From Octopus vulgaris (Eukaryota), in contig OX597818.1 of NCBI GenBank assembly GCA_951406725.2, positions 115,134,001 to 115,198,000 on the forward strand: a stretch of 64,000 nt of DNA, in the 5' to 3' direction. The position numbers were made by a program, and so were the translations under genes. Under the pieces are notes generated by a model that ran no database searches, was not told the origin of the DNA, and worked only from the letters and a program-made list of their open reading frames with translations. Positions 57,437 to 64,000 of the stretch are shown here, in pieces (position 1 is the stretch's first letter; the number at the start of each line of letters is the position of its first letter).

Positions 57437-58230
57437 GGAGAGAGAAGAGAAGGGGCTCCCCTTTTCTATTCGCCACTCTAACCATTCATTTAGTTATTTA
57501 CCATTCTTTCTCTTTGATTTTCAAAGAGATCTTGTATGTATGTATGTATGTATGTATGTATGTATGAATATATGTACGTGTGTGTATAAATGTATGTATG
57601 TATGTATGAATACATGTACGTATGTGTATAAATGTATGTATGTATGAATGTATGTATGTATGAATGTATGTACGTGTGTGTATGTATGTATGTATGAATG
57701 TATGTACGTGTGTGTATAAATGTATGTATTATGTATGTATGCTTGCATATATTTATGAATGTACGTGTTTGTATGTATGTATACATGAGTGTATGCGTGT
57801 ACTACTGTAGGATTTATGTATGTATGCATATGTATACATACATGTATATGTATGGAGGAATTTCATTTGTATTCTGCTGTTAAATAAACTCTTCAAAGTT
57901 CTGATGTACTGAAGGCAACAACAGGAAGCGAAAACTCATACTAAATAAATAATTGAAAGTTTTATAAATTCTTGAGGTGAACGATGGATGAAATTCAAAA
58001 CAATAATAATAATAATCGTTTCTTCTGTAGGCACAAGGCCTGTAATTTGTGGGGAGGGGACTAGTCGATTACATCGATCCCAATATTCAACTGGTACTTG
58101 ATTTATCGACCCGAAAGGATGAAAGGCGAAGTCGACCTGGGTGGAACTTGATCCTAGAATATAGCGACAAGCGAACTACCATTAAGCTTTTTGTCCGGCG
58201 CTTATGATTCAGCCAGCTAGCAATAATAAT

Positions 58231-58261
<31 letters not shown>

Positions 58262-58367
58262 CAGTAATAATTATGGTTTCAAATTTTGTCACAAGATCAG
58301 TTTTTTTTGAGGAAATATCGTGGAAGCATTTCGTCCGGCGCAGTAATGATTTTACCAGCTAGCCGCC

Positions 58368-58368
<1 letters not shown>

Positions 58369-58428
<60 letters not shown>

Positions 58429-58443
58429 GAAGAATAATAATAA

Positions 58444-58474
<31 letters not shown>

Positions 58475-58580
58475 AAGAAGAAGAAGAAGAAGAAGAAGAA
58501 GAAGAAGAAGAAGAAGAAGAAGAAGAAGAAAAAGATAACGATAGTGACGATGACTATAATGATGATGACGATGACGATGA
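58369..58580. repeat. (AAT)n-(AAG)n-(GAT)n compound microsatellite
   Basis: Directly visible. Confidence 0.95.
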
Positions 58581-58902
58581 CAAGAGCAAAAACAAAAAAA
58601 GTCCGCAACAACAGCAATTAGAATAAAAAGAAAGAATGAAAGAAATTATAACAAGGAAATCATGAGGAAATAATATTCGAATACATTCAAAGAAATATGA
58701 ATAGGTTTAGAAATGTCTCTAGAAAAGTGTGGAGGTCAATGATGAATCGTCAAAAAACAGAAATCCGTTACCACGTGAACGCTAATTGTAATTAATTAAG
58801 TAATGCCATTCAGCAAGTGAGATGTAGCAAAAACTATTTATAAAAAAATGATAATAATAAATATAAAAAGAAGGGAAATACACAGAAATTTTGTACCGAA
58901 AA

Positions 58903-58990
<88 letters not shown>

Positions 58991-59311
58991 TTATATTCCT
59001 GAGCGCCACACTAATACAATTGTTTGTTTGTATTCCACCTGCCTTCGTCTTTTGTTTATTTTCATAAAGCTTCCCGTATATATATATATATATATATATA
59101 CGTTAAAATTTAGTGAGCATGCATACAAGAGTTCAAGGTCAGTCTGTGCCAAACGGATTTACTCTGCGTGCTTTATCTTCATTACTATTGCAACAATCCG
59201 GATACTTATTGATCATACCACGTATAAGTGTGTGTGTGTATGCATGTATATATATATATGCATGTATATATATATATATATATATATATCTATATATATC
59301 TCTATATATAT

Positions 59312-59960
59312 ATATGCAAACATAGTAAAAAGGGTAATAAAATAAATTATTATTACCAGTGATCTAGCACAAAAGACAAATTAGTCATTAGACTATATGT
59401 TATTCATATATAAGTACATTAAAAGGCCTCTAAAAGAAGAAGCAAGTACTAGATACACAAAAGGTGGATAAATTCAATGAAATGAAAATCAAAATGAAAA
59501 TCAAAATCAAAATATGTACTTATATATGAATAACATATAGTCTAATGACTAATTTGTCTTTTGTGCTAGATCACCGGTAATAATAATTTATTTTATTACC
59601 CTTTTTACTATGTTTGCATATTACTCGATAAATTTACTCGTAGACCTTATACCGGCATCCTCTCTGTTCACCGGATATGTTTTGCGTCTGCGCACTGGTC
59701 TGAAAAGTTAGAGAATGCAAGTCGGTAGAACCGCACATGCTTCTAACGATATATACTTCTAGGATAACAAAGGCTGCTTACTGAAGAGTCTAGCCTTGGC
59801 AGATAAATTATATTTTTCTGCTAAAAAAAAAGACGAAACTGCAGTATAAGATGAGCCGAGTTTGTAAACGTTTTTGATTTTCATTTCATTGAATTTATCC
59901 ACTTTTTGTGTATCTAGTAATTGCTTCTTCTTTTAGAGGCCTTTTAATGTACTTATATAT
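59312..59960. mobile_element. 433-bp hammerhead-bearing unit (59514-59946) preceded by an inverted copy of its own head-to-tail junction
   Basis: Direct repeat atgtacttatatat at 59514 and 59947. Segment 59312-59494 is the reverse complement of unit end joined to unit start. Confidence 0.85.
59772..59857 (+). ncRNA. Type I hammerhead ribozyme
   Basis: ggctgCTTA CTGAAGA GTCT [internal hairpin] AGAC GAAAC TGCA GTA TAAGatgagcc. Canonical core; palindromic ACTGCAGT. Confidence 0.87.
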
Positions 59961-60118
59961 ATATATATATGTATATATAACTATTGTAGGATAAAATTTT
60001 TTTCGGGAAAACAATTTTATCAATGGCCAGCATATCATAAATTATAATGGTTATTGACAATTTTTGCCTTTTTTTCGGCATATTTGGCATTAGAATTTTT
60101 CTTTTGCCCTTATCTTGT

Positions 60119-60181
<63 letters not shown>

Positions 60182-60267
60182 GTAGAAGGTTGCAAAGGAA
60201 CACACGAGTTGATATATATGGGAAAAAAGTCAAGATAGAAAATGCTAAAATAATTTTATAAAAAACA

Positions 60268-60310
60268 TTTCAGTACCGGTTTCAGCCATTGAGACTTTTT
60301 CAACTGTAAA
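60268..60310 (-). ncRNA. Degenerate hammerhead-like motif
   Basis: CAG TTGAAAA AGTC tcaat GGCT GAAAC CG GTA CTG; palindromic ACCGGT, two changes in the core. Confidence 0.4.
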
Positions 60311-60769
60311 TTTTGGAAAACAATTAAATTTTGGAAAAATTAAATGAAAAGTGTTTTAAAAGAATATTTGCATAGTGTTCGAATAGAAGGGGTATTTTCC
60401 TTGTTTCTGCCTGTTTTTGTCTCTCCCCACAAGAGATAGAAATTGTGTTATTGTTGTTGTTATTCGACCTGTTACTCATTATTCTATATCCAGTCAGTCA
60501 TGCGTGCTACAGGTGACGTGTAGTCCAGTGCAATTCTTGCATGGCTGTGAGTGACTAAACCGCAATATCATCATGCTAGCCAAAGAAGGAGATTATATTA
60601 GAATCTTAGTGGTTGTTGTGAATATGGGATAAAAGTCAACTGTCCTAAACCGTCTTCACTGAAGGCGCATGCGCACTTTCAGTGTAGAAAACGAATGCAC
60701 AAGAACAGATTCTAGGCTATATGCCTGTAATAAAGATTCGAATGCAGACAAAATCAATTACAAACACAG

Positions 60770-60905
60770 ACAGCAAAATGGAAAAAGATCCCTCCAAAAA
60801 GAACAGTGAATATAACAGCAAGATGGAAAAGATGCCCCCAAAATGAAGAGTGAATATAAAAAGCAAGATGGAAAAGATGCCCCCAAAAAGAACAGTGAAT
60901 ATATG
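60770..60905. repeat. Minisatellite of about 43 bp (gcaagatggaaaagatgcccc-aaaaagaacagtgaatataa), about 3 copies
   Basis: Directly visible; interrupted by a family C SINE with TSD cagtgaatata. Confidence 0.75.
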
Positions 60906-60911
60906 GAGGGA

Positions 60912-61292
60912 AGCACTCCGTCGGTTACGACGACGAGGGTTCCGGTTGATCCGAATCAACGGAACAGCCTGCACGTGAAATTAACGTGTAAGTGGCTGAG
61001 CACTCCACAGACACGTGTACCCTTAACGTAGTTCTCGGGGATATTCAGCGTGACACAAAGAGTGACAAGGCCAGACCTTTGAAATACAGGTACGACAGAA
61101 ACAGGAAGTAAGAGTGAGAGAAAGTTGTGGTGAAAGAGTACAGCAGGGATCACCACCATCCCTGCCGGGGCCTCGTGGAGCTTTAGGTGTTTTCGCTCAA
61201 TAAACACTCACAACGTCCGGTCTGGGAATCGAAACCGCGATCCTATGACCGCGAATCCGCTGCCCTAACCACTGGGCCATTGCGCCTCCACT
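60912..61292 (-). mobile_element. SINE family C, full length
   Basis: tRNA-like head at about 61290 on the minus strand, flanked by cagtgaatata duplicates. Confidence 0.88.
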
Positions 61293-61715
61293 CAGTGAAT
61301 ATATAACACATATAACACACAAGGACAAACAGACAAAAATAAACGCACAAGAACAAATACAAACGCAGACAAAAGCATTACAAACACAGTCAACAGAAAG
61401 AAATTACCGCCAAAAAGAACACTGAATATAAAACACGAGCAACAAACAGCAAGGACAAGGAGACAGAAATAAGGTAAGTGTTTAAAAACTCTTTCTAAAA
61501 ATGTTCAATGGCGTTATCTGGAGTGTGAGGTTCGAATCGCTGTCGTTCCACCTTTTCATTTATCATTGCCATTCTTTTCATTTTTCCCCACTTTTGTGTT
61601 TTATCTATCCTTGTTTGTCTCCTCTATGTTAGGCCCCGGGTGGCCAATAAAGAAATACAGTGTGATGTGTGCAGGCGCTTTTTGAAGACAGTCGTAGAAA
61701 TTGCTGAGAAGAGAT

Positions 61716-62125
61716 ATTTATTTCTTTGTTGCTCACAGGAGGCTAAACGTAGAGTGGACAAACAAGAACAGACAAAGGGATTAAGTCGATTATATCGACA
61801 CCAGTGCGCAACTGGTACTTATTTAATCGACCCCGAAAGGATGAAAGGCAAAATCGATCTCGGCGGAATTTGAAGTCAGAACGTAACGGCAGACGAAATA
61901 CCTATTTCTTTACTACCCACAAGGGGCTAAACACAGAGAGGACAAACAAGGACAGACAAACGGATAAGTCGATTATATCGAACCCCAGTGTGTAACTGGT
62001 ACTTATATAATCGACCCCGAATGAAAGGCAAAGTCGACCTCGGCGGAATTTGAACTCAGGACATAAGGACAGACGAAATACGGCTACGCATTTCACCCGG
62101 CGTGCTAACGTTTCTGCCAGCTCGC
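61716..62125 (-). mobile_element. SINE family A, dimeric, with approximate TSD tg.tgagaag.gatatt
   Basis: TSD at about 61702 and 62131. Confidence 0.88.
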
Positions 62126-63635
62126 TTCTCTGTTGAGAAGGGATATTGTTACGTGTTTATTTTTTTCTGATTTATACTGGTATTGTTATAACCTTGTTGT
62201 CCACTTTATAAAGTGAGATATAGAGTGAGGTCAAAGGACATAACAGTGTCGACGAGACACAACACGAGTAAAAAAAAAAAAAAAACAATTGTCAAAAGCA
62301 GAGATAAACACATAGAGCGAACGACTATCAAGCAACAGCGTACGGACTGGTATATTGTATGATCACTATCGATCACATGGGAACTATATTAGCAGGGCTC
62401 ATAAGAAGACGAGAACGGGTTACATTTAGGGTATATCATGTGTTATGTTCATCAGAATTATTTTGATGGAAATTTGTGAACACTTTTACAATCGAATATT
62501 GCTTTTATGTCACGTTGTAGCTACAATTTCTGTTGATATCGTAGTCCATATTATAGCGTCGGTGTTTTTCCTGGTTTTTTCGTTTATAAATTTAAAACTA
62601 TACTGAAATAAACATCGAAACACCCTTAAAACGTTTAGACAGCTGGTTAACATTGTAGAACATCTACCATGTTTTATATTTTATCTATGTTTACTTCTGT
62701 TTGCAAGAAAAACATGAAGTATATTTAAGAATCAGGACATCTGATCCGGGTGACTTTATATTGAGTTTCTGGTGCTGGATAATGTGAAGGGAATGTGCTT
62801 GATATCATCTAGAATTCATTCTAATAAAGTCTTCTATTTTGTATAAAGATTCATCTCCATACACCTTAATTATATATATTAATATACATAAGTGTGTTCA
62901 TGTATGTTTGTGTGGGTGTACGTACGTATATACTTACGTATGTATATATGTCATTATTCAGTTTATTTCAAAATTTCTTGCAACTGGAGAAAGAACCAGT
63001 TTCTATCCTAGATCCAAGGCTCTTTCACTGGAATTTCAACATCAACAACAAAGGTATTTTTGTTTGAATGTTCAGAGGTTGTACAAAATAATGGAAACAC
63101 TTAGCATCATTGCATCATAATACATGCCTGTATGTGCAGATTTGTATGCTTTATGTATGTGTTCTCATACATACAGTGGCATATCTAGACATGCACATAT
63201 AAATTTTTTGTTGTATAATTTTTATCATGCATGTATGTATGTATGTATGTATGTATGTATGTATGTATGTATGTATGTATGTATGTATGTATGTATGTGT
63301 GTGTGTGTGTGTGTATGTGTATGTATCATGTGTGTATGTATGTGTATATATATGCTGTATTTTCCAACTTACAAGTCGAATTTTCAGGCTAAAACTGATA
63401 GCGAAAAATTGTAGGTCGACTTATACAACACGATGACATTGGGAGAGTGAAAAGTCCATATGGAATGCAGCATCGATTGGAAGCCTAGTGGCGGTGGTTA
63501 ACTCTTTACTCTACATGCTTACACCATACACAACGTCGACTCATATGCTGGAAAATACGAGACGTACGTGTGAGAGAGAGAGAAAGAAAGAGAGGGCACG
63601 TGTGTGTGTGAGAGAGAGAGAGAGAGAAAGAGAGG

Positions 63636-63695
<60 letters not shown>

Positions 63696-63739
63696 ATAAA
63701 CTTAGACTCAGCGGTGTGTTATATTCTTTTCTACTCTAG

Positions 63740-63938
63740 ATACCTGGCCCGAAATTTTGGGGAAGGGGGCCAGTCGATTAGATCTACCCCAATACGTAAC
63801 TGGTGCTTAATTCATCATCCCCGAAATGATGAAAGGCAAAGACGACCTCGGCGAAATTTGAACTTTGAACGTAACGGCAGACGAAATACTGCTAAGCATT
63901 TCACCCGGCGTGCTGACGTTTCTGCCAGCCCGCCGCCT
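63740..63938 (-). mobile_element. SINE family A-related copy
   Basis: Same head and core with a different 3' tail. Confidence 0.8.
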
Positions 63939-64000
63939 TGGTATGCGCGTTATATTAGAACGCAAATGTGTGTCTGTGTGGATATCTATGTTTGTATGTT

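Noticed and set aside
60770-60905. Short direct repeats as a CRISPR-like array
   Set aside because: Contiguous minisatellite units with no unique spacers, in a eukaryotic context.

Overview
Repeat-saturated, AT-rich animal genomic DNA. The SINE families and the dense (TA)n/(TATG)n/(CTAT)n tracts fit an octopod cephalopod (inferred). Nearly all supplied ORFs are microsatellite artefacts. One host gene is readable: four in-phase GT-AG exons (30258-30470, 31179-31361, 38747-38879, 41210-41540, + strand) of a classical short-chain dehydrogenase/reductase of the RDH/17beta-HSD6/BDH1 (SDR9C-like) group. I could not find its first exon. The rest is tRNA-derived SINEs, mariner/Tc1 remnants and MITEs, Helitron-type elements (one with a Pif1 helicase fragment), RTE and RLE-type LINE ends, and a Penelope GIY-YIG remnant. 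The main hidden signal is a set of unrelated short elements, mostly sitting in (TA)n tracts and often folded back as long inverted repeats. They carry hammerhead ribozyme motifs (CUGANGA...GAAAC...GUH) with paired stems I and II, compensatory changes between copies, and a tiny palindromic stem III suited to dimeric cleavage. Notable cases are a circularly permuted 433-bp unit, a tRNA-headed SINE ending in a hammerhead, and a family with a permuted (type II-like) topology. SINE copies left of about 7 kb show CpG decay, suggesting a methylated gene body that ends at a CpG-rich promoter-like patch.
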